Assembly (NCBI GenBank): GCA_031459915.1
Contig: JAVKHO010000008.1
Location: 1-64,000, forward strand
Reading direction: 5' to 3'
From: Candidatus Tepidifontimicrobium thermophilum
Lineage (GTDB): Bacteria; Sysuimicrobiota; Sysuimicrobiia; Sysuimicrobiales; Sysuimicrobiaceae
DNA length: 64,000 nt
In this document: in pieces, positions 47,093-57,327 of the stretch
Layout: the number at the start of each line of letters is the position of its first letter
How positions within the stretch are numbered: the first letter of the stretch is position 1
The notes under the pieces: generated by a model
Told to the model about the DNA's origin: nothing
Seen by the model: only the letters and a program-made list of their open reading frames with translations
Database searches by the model: none
Translations under genes and position numbers: made by a program

Positions 47093-49699
47093 ATGCGGTG
47101 GGAGAAGCTGACGGAGAAGTCCCAGGAGGCCATGCTCCGGGCCCAGGAGCTGGCCCGGGAGCGCCACCACCCCCAGGTGGACACGGAGCACCTGCTGGTG
47201 GCGCTGCTGGACCAGGCGGACGGCGTGGTGCCGCAGGTGCTGCAGCGGGCCGGGGCTTCCGTGCCGCGGATCCGGCAACAGACAGAGCAGGCGCTGGCGG
47301 TCCTGCCGCAGGTGCACGGCACCGCGGAGCTGTACGTGGCGCCCGGGCTGCGACGGGTGTGGGAAGCGGCGGAGCGCGAGGCGCAGCGCATGGGCGACGA
47401 GTACACCAGCACGGAGCACTTCCTCCTCGCCCTCGCGGACGCTCCCCAGACGGGAGCCGGTCGGGTGCTCCAGCAGAACGGGGTCACCAAGGAGGTGGTG
47501 CTGCGGGCCCTGTCGGAGGTCCGGGGACGTGTGCGGGTCACCGACCCCCGGCCGGAGGCCAAGTACCAGGTGCTGGAGCGTTACGGCCGTGACCTAACCG
47601 AGCTGGCGCGGCAGGGCAAGCTGGACCCCGTGATCGGGCGGGACGAGGAGATCCGCCGGGTGATCCACGTGCTGAGCCGCCGGACGAAGAACAACCCGGT
47701 GCTCATCGGGGAGCCGGGGGTCGGGAAGACGGCGATCGTGGAGGGCCTGGCCCAGCGCATGGTCCGGGGGGACGTTCCGGAGCAGCTCAAGCACAAGCGG
47801 ATCTTCCAGCTGGACATGGGCGCCCTCGTGGCCGGGACCAAGTACCGGGGGGAGTTCGAGGAGCGGCTCAAGGCGGTGCTGAAGGAGATCGCGGACAGCC
47901 AGGGCGAGATCATCCTGTTCATCGACGAGATCCACACGGTAGTGGGGGCGGGCGCCGCGGAGGGCGCCGCCATGGACGCGGCGAACATCCTCAAGCCCAT
48001 GCTGGCCCGCGGCGAGCTGCACTGCATCGGCGCTACCACCCTGGACGAGTACCGGAAGCACATCGAGAAGGACCCCGCCCTGGAACGCCGTTTCCAGCCG
48101 GTGTACGTGGGCGAGCCGTCCGTGGAGGACACCATCTCCATCCTCCGGGGCCTCAAGGAGAAGTACGAGGTCCACCACGGGGTCCGGATCACAGACGCGG
48201 CCGTGATCGCCGCGGCCACCCTGTCGACCCGGTACATCAGCGACCGGTTCCTGCCCGACAAGGCCATCGACCTGGTCGACGAGGCGGCGGCGAAGCTCCG
48301 GATGGAGATCGACAGCAAGCCCGCGGAGCTGGACGAGATCGACCGTCGGATCATGCAGCTGGAGATCGAGCGGGAGGCGCTGCGGAAGGAGACGGACCCC
48401 GCGGCACAGGAACGCCTGGCGAAGCTGGAGCAGGAACTGGGCCGGCTGCGGCAGGACAGCGAGGCGCTGCGGCGGCGCTGGGAGCAGGAGAAGCAGATCG
48501 TCCAGCGCATCCGGCAGGTGAAAGCGGAGATCGACCGCACGAAGGTGGAACTGGAGCAATCGGAGCGGGTGGCAGACCTGGAACGGGCCGCCCGGCTGCG
48601 CTACGGCACGCTGCCGGAGCTGCAGAAGCAGCTGGCCGCGGCGGAGGCGGAGCTGCGGTCCTTGGGCCCGCAGCGGCTGCTGAAGGAGGAGGTGGACGCG
48701 GAGGACATCGCGGAGGTGGTGAGCAAGTGGACGGGCATCCCCGTGACTCGGCTTTTGGAGGGCGAGATGCACAAGCTCCTCCACCTAGAGGACCGGCTGC
48801 ACCAGCGGGTGGTGGGGCAGGAGGAGGCGGTGCAGGCGGTGGCGGACGCCATCCGGCGGGCCCGGGCTGGGCTGAAGGATCCCAAGCGCCCCATCGGCGC
48901 GTTCCTGTTCCTCGGGCCCACGGGGGTCGGGAAGACGGAGCTGGCCCGGGCGCTGGCGGAGGTGTTGTTCGACTCTGAGGACGCCATGGTGCGCCTGGAC
49001 ATGTCGGAGTACCAGGAGAAGCACACGGTGTCCCGACTGGTGGGTGCTCCGCCCGGCTACGTGGGCTACGAGGAGGGCGGACAGCTCACCGAGGCGGTAC
49101 GCCGTCGGCCCTACCGGGTGGTGCTGTTCGACGAGGTGGAGAAGGCGCACCCGGACGTGCTCAACGTGCTGCTGCAGGTGATGGAGGACGGCCGGCTCAC
49201 GGACGCCCAGGGACGGACCGTGGACTTCAAGAACACGGTGTTGATCCTCACCAGCAACGTCGGCAGCCACCACCTGCAGCACCTGGACCCTGAAGACCCC
49301 GCCGCCTTCGAGCTGGCCAAGGTGTACGTGATGGACGAGCTGCGCCGGACCTTCCGGCCCGAGTTCCTGAACCGGCTGGACGAGGTGATCGTTTTCCGGC
49401 CGCTCTCTAAGGCGCAGCTGGAGCAGATCGTGGACCTGCAGCTGGCCCAGCTGGAGCGCCGGCTGGCGGACCTGAAGATCCGGGTGGAGGTCACCCCGGA
49501 GGCGCGGGCGTGGCTGGCGCAGGAGGGCTACAGCCCCGAGTACGGTGCCCGTCCCCTGCGGCGGCTGATCCAGCGGACGGTGGAGAACACCCTGAGCCGC
49601 ATGGTCCTGCGGGGGGACCTGAAGGAGGGCGACGTGGCGGTGGTCACGGTTCGGGGTGGGGCGATCGCCATCGAGCGCAAAGAGCCGGTGCCGGCCTAA
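47093..49699 (+). CDS. clpB: Disaggregase ClpB
   Basis: Two AAA+ modules ([16 protein letters not shown]) and a long coiled-coil M domain. Confidence 0.97.
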   Translation: MRWEKLTEKSQEAMLRAQELARERHHPQVDTEHLLVALLDQADGVVPQVLQRAGASVPRIRQQTEQALAVLPQVHGTAELYVAPGLRRVWEAAEREAQRMGDEYTSTEHFLLALADAPQTGAGRVLQQNGVTKEVVLRALSEVRGRVRVTDPRPEAKYQVLERYGRDLTELARQGKLDPVIGRDEEIRRVIHVLSRRTKNNPVLIGEPGVGKTAIVEGLAQRMVRGDVPEQLKHKRIFQLDMGALVAGTKYRGEFEERLKAVLKEIADSQGEIILFIDEIHTVVGAGAAEGAAMDAANILKPMLARGELHCIGATTLDEYRKHIEKDPALERRFQPVYVGEPSVEDTISILRGLKEKYEVHHGVRITDAAVIAAATLSTRYISDRFLPDKAIDLVDEAAAKLRMEIDSKPAELDEIDRRIMQLEIEREALRKETDPAAQERLAKLEQELGRLRQDSEALRRRWEQEKQIVQRIRQVKAEIDRTKVELEQSERVADLERAARLRYGTLPELQKQLAAAEAELRSLGPQRLLKEEVDAEDIAEVVSKWTGIPVTRLLEGEMHKLLHLEDRLHQRVVGQEEAVQAVADAIRRARAGLKDPKRPIGAFLFLGPTGVGKTELARALAEVLFDSEDAMVRLDMSEYQEKHTVSRLVGAPPGYVGYEEGGQLTEAVRRRPYRVVLFDEVEKAHPDVLNVLLQVMEDGRLTDAQGRTVDFKNTVLILTSNVGSHHLQHLDPEDPAAFELAKVYVMDELRRTFRPEFLNRLDEVIVFRPLSKAQLEQIVDLQLAQLERRLADLKIRVEVTPEARAWLAQEGYSPEYGARPLRRLIQRTVENTLSRMVLRGDLKEGDVAVVTVRGGAIAIERKEPVPA

Positions 49700-49741
49700 C
49701 GGAAGCCCCCGAAGGCCGACCGCGTGTCGGATCCCGGGAAC

Positions 49742-50113
49742 TCACCCGTACCCCAGTTCCTCCAGGCGGTCCTCGTCCAGGCCGAAGTAGTGGCCGAGCT
49801 CGTGGAGGACCGTCCGGCGGATTTCCTCCCGCAGCTCGTCTTCGTTGTCGCACGCCTCTTCCAGGGGGCCCTGGAACAGGGTGATGCGGTCCGGCAACAG
49901 CGGGGGTTCGATGCCGCGCTCTGGCAGCGGGGTGCCCTCGTACAGCCCGAACAGCACACCGTCTTCGGGCAGGCCCACCGAGGCCAGCTGCTCGGCCGTG
50001 GGCCAGTCCTCCACCACCACGTGCACGTTGTCCAGGGCCTGGCGGAAGGCTTCGGGGACCCCTGCCAGGGCTTCCTCCACCAGCTGCTGGAAGCGGCGGC
50101 GGCTCAACCGCAT
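49742..50113 (-). CDS. Zinicin-like metallopeptidase
   Basis: GLYEG, PDRITLF, HELGHYFG. Confidence 0.88.
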   Translation of the reverse strand: MRLSRRRFQQLVEEALAGVPEAFRQALDNVHVVVEDWPTAEQLASVGLPEDGVLFGLYEGTPLPERGIEPPLLPDRITLFQGPLEEACDNEDELREEIRRTVLHELGHYFGLDEDRLEELGYG

Positions 50114-50119
50114 GGCTTC

Positions 50120-51298
50120 TCAACGCCGGAACAGGCCGGCCGCTGCGCGGGCCGGCAAGGGCACCCCGCAGCGCCGCAGCTGGTCTAGCCGCTCTGCCAC
50201 CTGCTCCGGATGGTCCGCGCACACCGTCACGTGGCCTACCTTCCGTCCTGGCCGCACCGCCTTGCCGTACCAGTGGAAGGACGTCCCGGGGACCCGGAGC
50301 ACGGCCGCGGGGTCCGGCCGGTGGCCGATGAGGTTCACCATGGCGCACCATCCGCGAGGCCGGGGCGATCCCAGGGGCAAGCCCGCCACCGCCCGCACGT
50401 GGTTGGCGAACTGACTGGTAGACGCGCCCTCGATGGTCCAGTGGCCGGAGTTGTGCACCCGCGGGGCCATCTCGTTGGCCAGGAGCCGGCCGTCCACCTC
50501 GAACAGCTCCACGCACAGGACGCCCACGTAGTCCAGCGCTTCCAGGGCGCGGCGGGCGTAAGCGTGTGCCAGCTCCTCCAAGGCGGGGTCCAGGTCCGGG
50601 GCGGGGCCGAGGGACAGCCGCAGGATGCCGCCCTCGTGGTGGTTCTCCACCACCGGGTAGCAGACCACCTCCCCCCAGCTGTCCCGCGCGGCCAGCACCG
50701 ATAGCTCCCTCCGGAACGGGACCAGGGCTTCCGCCAGCAGACCTCCTGACAACCCGTCCACGCGCGGCGTGGGGAGGGGGGAACTTCCGGTCCGAGGGCC
50801 GGTCAGCGCCTCCCACGCCGCCTGGAGGTCCTCCGGTGCCATGAGGATCCGCTGCCCTTTTCCGTCGTAGCCCATCCGGCGGGTCTTGAGCACCGCGGGC
50901 AGTCCCAAGTGGGCCACTGCGGCTTCCAGGTCCTCCAGGGAGTCCACCGCCGCGAACTCCGCCGTGGGGATCCCCAGGGAGCGGAAGAACTCCTTCTCCC
51001 TGAGCCGGTCTTGGGCCACCTCGAGGGCTGGGGGCGGAGGATACACCGGTACGGAGCGCACAAGCTCCGCGGCGGCCTGAAACGGCACGTTCTCGAACTC
51101 GTACGTGGCGCGCTCGCAGGTGCGGGCGAGTTCGTGGAGGGCGTCTGGGTCGGTATAGGCCGCTCGCAGGTGCCGGCCCACCGCCGCGGCACACGCTTCC
51201 TCCGAAGGGTCGAGGAAGGTGAACTGCACCCCGAGGGGCAGGCCGGCCAAGCCCAGCATCCGCCCCAGCTGCCCACCGCCGAGGACCCCGATCCTCAC
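50120..51298 (-). CDS. purK: N5-CAIR synthase
   Basis: [39 protein letters not shown]. Confidence 0.96.
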   Translation of the reverse strand: MRIGVLGGGQLGRMLGLAGLPLGVQFTFLDPSEEACAAAVGRHLRAAYTDPDALHELARTCERATYEFENVPFQAAAELVRSVPVYPPPPALEVAQDRLREKEFFRSLGIPTAEFAAVDSLEDLEAAVAHLGLPAVLKTRRMGYDGKGQRILMAPEDLQAAWEALTGPRTGSSPLPTPRVDGLSGGLLAEALVPFRRELSVLAARDSWGEVVCYPVVENHHEGGILRLSLGPAPDLDPALEELAHAYARRALEALDYVGVLCVELFEVDGRLLANEMAPRVHNSGHWTIEGASTSQFANHVRAVAGLPLGSPRPRGWCAMVNLIGHRPDPAAVLRVPGTSFHWYGKAVRPGRKVGHVTVCADHPEQVAERLDQLRRCGVPLPARAAAGLFRR

Positions 51299-51789
51299 GG
51301 TGCCGTACGGGGGTCTGGTTGCTCCAGGACCGCCTGGGTTTGCGCGGTGCGGTAACGGCGCAGGGCTTCCCGCACGTGTGGGTGTTTGTTCCCGAGGATG
51401 CTGGCCGCGAGGATGGCGGCGTTCACCGCGCCCGCCCGCCCGATGGCCAAAGTCCCCACCGGCACGCCCGCGGGCATCTGCACGATGGACAGCAGGGAGT
51501 CCAGACCTCCGAGGGCCTGGGTCTCCACCGGCACCCCCAACACGGGCAGGACGGTGTTGGCCGCGGTCATCCCAGGGAGGTGGGCGGCGCCCCCTGCCCC
51601 CGCGATGATCACCTCCAGGCCGCGCTCCTCCGCGCTCTTCGCGTACTCGTACAGCAGGTCGGGCGTGCGGTGGGCCGACACCACGCGGACCTCGTACGGA
51701 ACCCCCAGCTGGTCCAGGGTGTCCGCAGCGTGGCGCAGGGTCTCCCAGTCAGACCGGGAGCCCATGATCAGGCCGACCAGGGGCTGCAT
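51295..51789 (-). CDS. purE: N5-CAIR mutase
   Basis: [33 protein letters not shown]. Confidence 0.97.
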   Translation of the reverse strand: MQPLVGLIMGSRSDWETLRHAADTLDQLGVPYEVRVVSAHRTPDLLYEYAKSAEERGLEVIIAGAGGAAHLPGMTAANTVLPVLGVPVETQALGGLDSLLSIVQMPAGVPVGTLAIGRAGAVNAAILAASILGNKHPHVREALRRYRTAQTQAVLEQPDPRTAP

Positions 51790-51810
51790 CAAGGCGATTG
51801 TACCAGCGGT

Positions 51811-52524
51811 CTAACCAAGGGGCTTGCGGGCCCGGAGGGTGACCGACCGCAGGGACACCCTCCAAGGATCGCCGCAGTCGGCCCGCGACTCCTCCAGGAC
51901 TTCCGCGGCCTGGAAGCCCGCCTCCGCCAAGAGCCGGAAGTACTCCCGCAAGCTCACCGCGCCGGCCACGCAAGCGCTCCAGGCCCGTGGGTCCTCCCGG
52001 AGTTCCGGGGAGAGGGGGCGGTCTGCTACCACGTCGGAGACCACGAGGCGTCCACCGGGCCGCAGCACCCGGTGGGCTTCCCGGAACGCCTGCGCCTTGT
52101 CCGGGACCAGGTTCACCACGCAGTTGCTGAGGACCACGTCCGCGAAGCCCTCGGGCAGCGGCAGCGACTCGAGTTCAGCCACCACGAAGCGGGCGTTGGC
52201 GACACCCAGGGCCGCGGCGTTCCGCCGGGCCAGGACGACCATCTCCGCCGTCATGTCCACGCCCACCGCCTGCCCGTAGGGTCCGACCGCCTGAGCGGCA
52301 CGGAGCACCTCCAGACCTGCGCCGCTTCCGAGGTCCACCACGACTTCTCCTGGGGCCAGGTCTGCGTGGGAGACTGGGCTTCCGCAACCCAACGACAACG
52401 GCACCACACCGGAGTTCTGTGAAGCCGGTGGGGGCGCACAGCCACACCCACAGCCAGCGCTACCCTCCCGGGCGAGCGCGGCGTAATGCGACCGCACTGC
52501 GTGCTTCACCGCCCCGGCGGACAT
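51811..52524 (-). CDS. arsM: Arsenite S-adenosylmethyltransferase-like
   Basis: N-terminal CGCGC, LGCG, DLGSGAG, SNCVVNL, WSACVAGA (ArsM Cys pattern); downstream of arsR. Confidence 0.8.
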   Translation of the reverse strand: MSAGAVKHAVRSHYAALAREGSAGCGCGCAPPPASQNSGVVPLSLGCGSPVSHADLAPGEVVVDLGSGAGLEVLRAAQAVGPYGQAVGVDMTAEMVVLARRNAAALGVANARFVVAELESLPLPEGFADVVLSNCVVNLVPDKAQAFREAHRVLRPGGRLVVSDVVADRPLSPELREDPRAWSACVAGAVSLREYFRLLAEAGFQAAEVLEESRADCGDPWRVSLRSVTLRARKPLG

Positions 52525-52540
52525 GGCCCCCCGAACATCT

Positions 52541-52993
52541 TTAATCGATATCGATCAATTCTTCGACCGCCAGGGCCATGAGCCGGGCGGTCTGGGGACA
52601 CGTCCCGGCGAGTTCCTGGGAGGCCTGAAGCCGCGGGTCCGCTTCCGCCCGCGGGACTTCCTGGAACTTGAACTGACGCGCGAAGTAGTCGGCCGCGGTC
52701 TCCGTGAGGAGGTAGACCCGGCGCACGCCCATCCGGGCGGCCTCCGCGAGGGCTTCCCGGCACAGCTGGTGTGCGATCCCCCGGTTCCGGCACGACGGGT
52801 CGGTGGCCACGGACCGCAGCAAGGCTACCTCCCCGTACACCTCCAGCCCCGCGGTCGCTATGACTCCCTCCGGTTCCTCCGCAAGCCAGAAGGTCTGCAG
52901 GTGGTCCCGCACGCCCGCGCTGGGTAACCCACAGCGGGCCAGCAGCGCCAGCACGGAGGGCTCGTCGTGCGGGGTGGCGCGCCGGACGTTCAC
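52541..52993 (-). CDS. arsN: Arsenic-resistance GNAT acetyltransferase (ArsN2-like)
   Basis: LLARCGLP, ALLRSVA, YLLTETAADYF, C-terminal CPQTA; GTG 52993 after AGGAGG. Confidence 0.8.
   Translation of the reverse strand: MNVRRATPHDEPSVLALLARCGLPSAGVRDHLQTFWLAEEPEGVIATAGLEVYGEVALLRSVATDPSCRNRGIAHQLCREALAEAARMGVRRVYLLTETAADYFARQFKFQEVPRAEADPRLQASQELAGTCPQTARLMALAVEELIDID
52544..52559. promoter_or_regulatory. Second candidate ArsR operator ATCGA-N6-TCAAT within the arsN 3' end
   Basis: ATCGA-TATCGA-TCAAT, arms identical to the arsR promoter site; 19 nt upstream of the arsM ATG. Confidence 0.6.
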
Positions 52994-53046
52994 GTCCGCA
53001 CCTCCTGGAAGGGGTCCGCACATACCTCGGCCGCGGTCTGCGCCGG

Positions 53047-53400
53047 CTACAGGAGATCCAGCAGCTCCCCCGCCAAGCGCTTGAGCGCGTCCTTCCGGAT
53101 CCGGTAGTAGGCCCACGGCCCGCGCCGTTCCACCTCCACCAGCCCCGCCTCCCTGAGCACCTTCAGGTGGTGGGACACGGTGGGCTGGCTCAGGAGCAAG
53201 GCCCCCTGCAGCTGGCACACGCAGAGGGTCCCGCGCCGCGCCAGGAGCCGGAGCGCGAGCAGCCTGGCGGGCTCGCCCAGGGCTGCAAACCCGGCCGCTA
53301 GCGCAACCGAGCGCTGTCGGGCCTCTTCCGGCACCTCAGGGACCCCAGATCGCGTCTGGGACAGCTCGAGGGGAACTGCCGTCACCTGCACCGGATCCAT
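53047..53400 (-). CDS. arsR: ArsR/SmtB family repressor
   Basis: FAALGEPARL, LCVCQL, SQPTVSHHLKVLREAGLV. Confidence 0.9.
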   Translation of the reverse strand: MDPVQVTAVPLELSQTRSGVPEVPEEARQRSVALAAGFAALGEPARLLALRLLARRGTLCVCQLQGALLLSQPTVSHHLKVLREAGLVEVERRGPWAYYRIRKDALKRLAGELLDLL

Positions 53401-53406
53401 GGCCCC

Positions 53407-53436
53407 AGGCTAGTCGCTGCATCGAAAAATGTCAAT
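53407..53436 (-). promoter_or_regulatory. Leaderless sigma70 promoter of arsR with overlapping operator
   Basis: TTGACA (53435-53430)-17 nt-TAGCCT (53412-53407)-6 nt-ATG; ATCGA-N6-TCAAT at 53421-53436. Confidence 0.75.
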
Positions 53437-53437
53437 A

Positions 53438-54685
53438 CTACAGCGCCCGGGTAGCCCCCCGGCCCAGGACCACCAGCCCCGAGGGGTCCGTGTGGTACCG
53501 GCGCGCGTCCTCCTCCGGGTCGAAGCCGATCACGGTGCCCGGCTCCAGGGTGTTGAACCGATCCACGATGACCCGGCGCAGCCGCACCCCCGGCCGCAGG
53601 ACGCAGTAGTCCATCACCACCGACTCCTCCACCTCCACGTCCTCCTCCACGCGCACCTCGCGGCCCAGCACCGACCGCACGACCCGGCCGCCGTGGATCA
53701 CGCAACCTTCTCCTACCAGGGAATCCCGTACCTCCCCGAACACGATGCGGGCAGAGGGGCCCGCGTACGGTGCGCCCTTGATGGGCCACAGGTGGTTGGA
53801 GAGGTCGAACCGGGGTTCCGGCCCCAGCAGGTCCATGTGCGCGCGCCAGTACGCTTCGAGAGTCCCCACATCGCGCCAGTAGCCGGGCTCTTCGTACGGC
53901 TTGGTGCCAGGGATGCGGTTGGTGTGGAAGTCGTACGCGAACACGCGGTGGTGGGAAACCAGGGCCGGCAGGATGCTCCGACCGAAGTCGTGCTCCGTGT
54001 CCCTGGAGGCGTCCTCTGTCACCGCCTCCACCAGAAGGCGGGCGTCGAACAGATAGTTGCCCATGGAGGCCAGGGCGAACCCGGGCCGACCCGGCATGGG
54101 GCGGGGCTGGACGGGCTTCTCCTCGAAGCCTCGCACCCGCCCGTCGGCGTCGGTCTCCAGCACCCCCATGCGAGGGGCCTCCTGGAGGGGCACGGGCAGG
54201 GCGGCCACCGTCACCTCAGCGTCGCGCTCAAGGTGGAAGTCCACCATCTGCGAGACGTCCATCCGGTAGATGTGGTCGGCCCCAAACACGGCTACCAGGG
54301 CGGGCCCGAAGTCGCGGATGAGGTTCAGGTTCTGGTACACGGCGTCTGCGGTGCCCCGGTACCAGGAGTCGCCCCACCGCATCTGGGGCGGCACCACCAG
54401 GACGAAGTGGTCCTCGTGCAGCCCGCTGGCCCGCCAGGCGTGCCGGAGGTGGTCGATCAGGGACTGAGACTTGTACTGTACCAGGATGTACAGGGAGAAG
54501 ACGTTGGAGTTGATCAGGTTGCTGAGCACGAAGTCCACGATCCGGTACTTGCCCCCGAATGGGACCGCAGGCTTGCTGCGGTCTCGGGTCAGAGGGTGCA
54601 GCCGTTCACCGCGCCCGCCCGCCAGTACCAAGCCGAGGATACGTCGGCGGCCACCGGGAGAGGGCCGGTCGGAAATCCCGGTCAC
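53438..54685 (-). CDS. glgC: Glucose-1-phosphate adenylyltransferase
   Basis: LAGGRGERL, KPAVPFGGKYR, GTADAVYQN, FEEKP, SMGNY, YWRDVGT. Confidence 0.95.
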   Translation of the reverse strand: MTGISDRPSPGGRRRILGLVLAGGRGERLHPLTRDRSKPAVPFGGKYRIVDFVLSNLINSNVFSLYILVQYKSQSLIDHLRHAWRASGLHEDHFVLVVPPQMRWGDSWYRGTADAVYQNLNLIRDFGPALVAVFGADHIYRMDVSQMVDFHLERDAEVTVAALPVPLQEAPRMGVLETDADGRVRGFEEKPVQPRPMPGRPGFALASMGNYLFDARLLVEAVTEDASRDTEHDFGRSILPALVSHHRVFAYDFHTNRIPGTKPYEEPGYWRDVGTLEAYWRAHMDLLGPEPRFDLSNHLWPIKGAPYAGPSARIVFGEVRDSLVGEGCVIHGGRVVRSVLGREVRVEEDVEVEESVVMDYCVLRPGVRLRRVIVDRFNTLEPGTVIGFDPEEDARRYHTDPSGLVVLGRGATRAL

Positions 54686-54704
54686 GGATCCCCCACGTCC
54701 CCCA

Positions 54705-55553
54705 TCATATCGGCCACGGGCTTGCCGACAGCGCCTGAACCGCAATCCCGGCGTCCCGGAACGCCTCCCGAAGCTGCCAGCGCAGCTGGCGCTCCGCCTC
54801 CGCCCGGTACGGGGGGAGGACCGGGATGGCCACGCGGAGGATGACACCCGCCGGCGACAGCTCCACCAGGGGGTCCACCTCCACGGGACCGGTGACCCAG
54901 TCCGGGTGCGCCGCAGCCCAGGTCCCCACCACCCGCTGCGCCACCGCTGCCGCGGCCTCCAGGTCCGCGTCCGCGGGCAGGGTCGCGAGCACCACCGCGC
55001 GCAGGTAGCCGCGGCTGAGGTTCGCGAAGCGGGTGATCTCGCCGTTGGGGATGGTCACCAGCTCCCCCGTGTACCGGCGGATCTGGGTGTTCCGCAGGGT
55101 GATCTGCTCTACCTGGCCCACTTCCCCCCCCACGGACACCACGTCGCCCACCTGCAGGCCGCCGTCCAGCAGCAGGAAGAACCCGGACAGGCTGTCCCGC
55201 ACCAGGGTCTGGGCGCCCAGCCCCACTGCCAGCCCCGCGATCCCGGCGCTGGCGAGGACCGCGGTGGCGTCCACGTGGACCTGCCGTAGGATCATCACCA
55301 GCGCCACGAAGTACACGGTGTAGCGCACCACGCTGTGGGCCAGGGACGCCAGGGTCCGGGCGCGGGCCAGCCGTGCCTCGTAGTCCCGGACTCCCGGCGA
55401 GGGTTGAAGCAGGCGGTCCAGCGCGCGCCGCGACAGGGACACCACGCCTGCCGCTGCGGCTACGATGACCGCTACGGCCACCAGGGTCCGCGCTGCGGCT
55501 GCAAGCTGGACCGGAGACGCCAGCTCGCGAAGGACTTCCCGCGCAAACTCCAC
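54705..55553 (-). CDS. Small-conductance mechanosensitive channel (MscS family)
   Basis: AGIAGLAVGLGAQ.LVRD..SG, VGD.V, G.VE.I.LR.T.IR, IPNGEI. Confidence 0.9.
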   Translation of the reverse strand: MEFAREVLRELASPVQLAAAARTLVAVAVIVAAAAGVVSLSRRALDRLLQPSPGVRDYEARLARARTLASLAHSVVRYTVYFVALVMILRQVHVDATAVLASAGIAGLAVGLGAQTLVRDSLSGFFLLLDGGLQVGDVVSVGGEVGQVEQITLRNTQIRRYTGELVTIPNGEITRFANLSRGYLRAVVLATLPADADLEAAAAVAQRVVGTWAAAHPDWVTGPVEVDPLVELSPAGVILRVAIPVLPPYRAEAERQLRWQLREAFRDAGIAVQALSASPWPI

Positions 55554-55554
55554 G

Positions 55555-57327
55555 TTAGATCTCCCCCTGGGCGCGGCGCACGGCGAGGTCGATGAACAGC
55601 GCCGCGGACCACCCGAAGGCCGGAGCCGCCTTGGTGCCCGGTTGGCCCGTCTCGGGGTGGTAGTACTCGCGTATGTCCGGGAAGGCCGCCACCATGTCCA
55701 GGGTGCGGTCGCACAGCTCACGGGCGCGGTCTGGGTAGCCGCAGCGCAGCAGCGCGTCGATCAGCAGGTAGTTGACGTTGACCCACACGGGGCCCCGCCA
55801 CATCCGGTCCGGGTCGTAGGTGGGGTCCGAGCGGGCCACGGTGGGTACCGGGTAGGGGGTCCAGAAGCTCTCCGGGTCCTCCAGGCGGTCCACCAAAGAA
55901 GCGCGGACGTCTTCCGGCATCCGGCCGGTGAGCAGGGGGAACAGGGAGACCGCGGCGAGGACGGGTACTCGCTCGTGGCCCTGCTCTGTCATCCGCTGGG
56001 CCCAGAAGACCCTGGCCTTCGGGTCGTAGAGGTGCTGCAAAAGTGATGCGGCCAGCTGGTCCGCCTGGGCCCGCCACAGCGCGGCCTCCTCTGGAAGGCT
56101 CAGGGCCGCCGCCATCTGGCCCAAGGACTCCGCCTGCAGGCACAGGTAACTGTTGAGGTCCGGTGACTCCACCGGCATCCCGCGATCCCACAGGGGGCTG
56201 TCGTCCAGGCCTGACGAGAAAGGGTGGTCGTACTGGCAGACGCCGTCGCCGTCCCGGTCGCACCGCTCCAGCCACCACCGCTGCCACCGGGTCAGGGGCT
56301 CGTACATCTCGTCCAGGAAGTCCGTGTCCCCCGTGGCTTCGTACACGCGCCACAGGCACCACCCCGCCACCGGCGGCTTGGTCACGGACGCGTCCACGGG
56401 GTACCCCATACGCTCCACCAGCCCCTCGTCAAACACGCAGTCCGGGACCATGCCGTCGGGCCGCTGGTGGTCGAACAGCACCCGGAACTGGTCGTGGGCC
56501 AGCTGGGCGTCCACGTGCCGGTAGGCCAGGGCGTGGAAGAAGGCGTCCCACTGCCACAGCCCCACGTAGTGGACCTTGGAGGGGACCATGGCTTCCCGGG
56601 TGACGTAGAACCGGCTGCTGATGAGCCCGGCCCGCATCAGGTACCAGGCGTACAGGTAGGCGGCGCGCAGGTTAGGCGGGCACGGGGGGACGCGGTCGAA
56701 CCACTGCCGCCACCGCCGCTCCGCGTCCTCGAACAGGCCCAGGGGCTGGATCCGGCGGTCGAACCCGAGCCGAGGGGTGATGTTGAGGGTGAAAAGCGGC
56801 TGTGGGTGGTCGTCCACCTCCACCGTCACCCGCCACTGACCGGCCTCCGTAGCCACCGCCTGGTTCCGCAGGATCCGGGCGTTGGTGGTGTACGCGACGT
56901 TGCGGACCCCTCTCGCCCGGCCGCCCCGGCGGTCCGGGGTGAAGTGGTCCGCGCGCACTACAAACCGGATACCCCAACGGCCGCGGGGCGGGCGCAGAGC
57001 CAGCAGCTCCGGCGTGGCGAAGCACAGCTCGAACCGTCCCGCGGGCGTGTGAAACACCAGCACGTGCGGGTAGGCGGCCAGGTCCCACGCCAGGGGCTGT
57101 CCGTCCCCGTCCAGCAGCTCCACCTCCTTCAGCAGGGGCGGCCGGACCCGATACGTCCCTTCCGCGTACTCCAGCTTCGGCCACCGCTCGCACACCCTCA
57201 CATACAGCCGGTGCCGGTGGGGCTCCCGGAACACCAGGATGCGGCTGCCCCGGTCAGTGAAGGGGACGGTGGTCGGGTCCAGGCGCGACCGGACGGTCTC
57301 CAGTGGGTCCAGGGGGCGATCAGCCAT
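55555..57327 (-). CDS. GH63/MGH1-like glycoside hydrolase (probable glucosyl/mannosylglycerate hydrolase)
   Basis: LWQWDAFF, TKPP, SGLDDSP.WD, WRGPVWVNVN, EYYHPETG, FGWSAA. Confidence 0.8.
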   Translation of the reverse strand: MADRPLDPLETVRSRLDPTTVPFTDRGSRILVFREPHRHRLYVRVCERWPKLEYAEGTYRVRPPLLKEVELLDGDGQPLAWDLAAYPHVLVFHTPAGRFELCFATPELLALRPPRGRWGIRFVVRADHFTPDRRGGRARGVRNVAYTTNARILRNQAVATEAGQWRVTVEVDDHPQPLFTLNITPRLGFDRRIQPLGLFEDAERRWRQWFDRVPPCPPNLRAAYLYAWYLMRAGLISSRFYVTREAMVPSKVHYVGLWQWDAFFHALAYRHVDAQLAHDQFRVLFDHQRPDGMVPDCVFDEGLVERMGYPVDASVTKPPVAGWCLWRVYEATGDTDFLDEMYEPLTRWQRWWLERCDRDGDGVCQYDHPFSSGLDDSPLWDRGMPVESPDLNSYLCLQAESLGQMAAALSLPEEAALWRAQADQLAASLLQHLYDPKARVFWAQRMTEQGHERVPVLAAVSLFPLLTGRMPEDVRASLVDRLEDPESFWTPYPVPTVARSDPTYDPDRMWRGPVWVNVNYLLIDALLRCGYPDRARELCDRTLDMVAAFPDIREYYHPETGQPGTKAAPAFGWSAALFIDLAVRRAQGEI

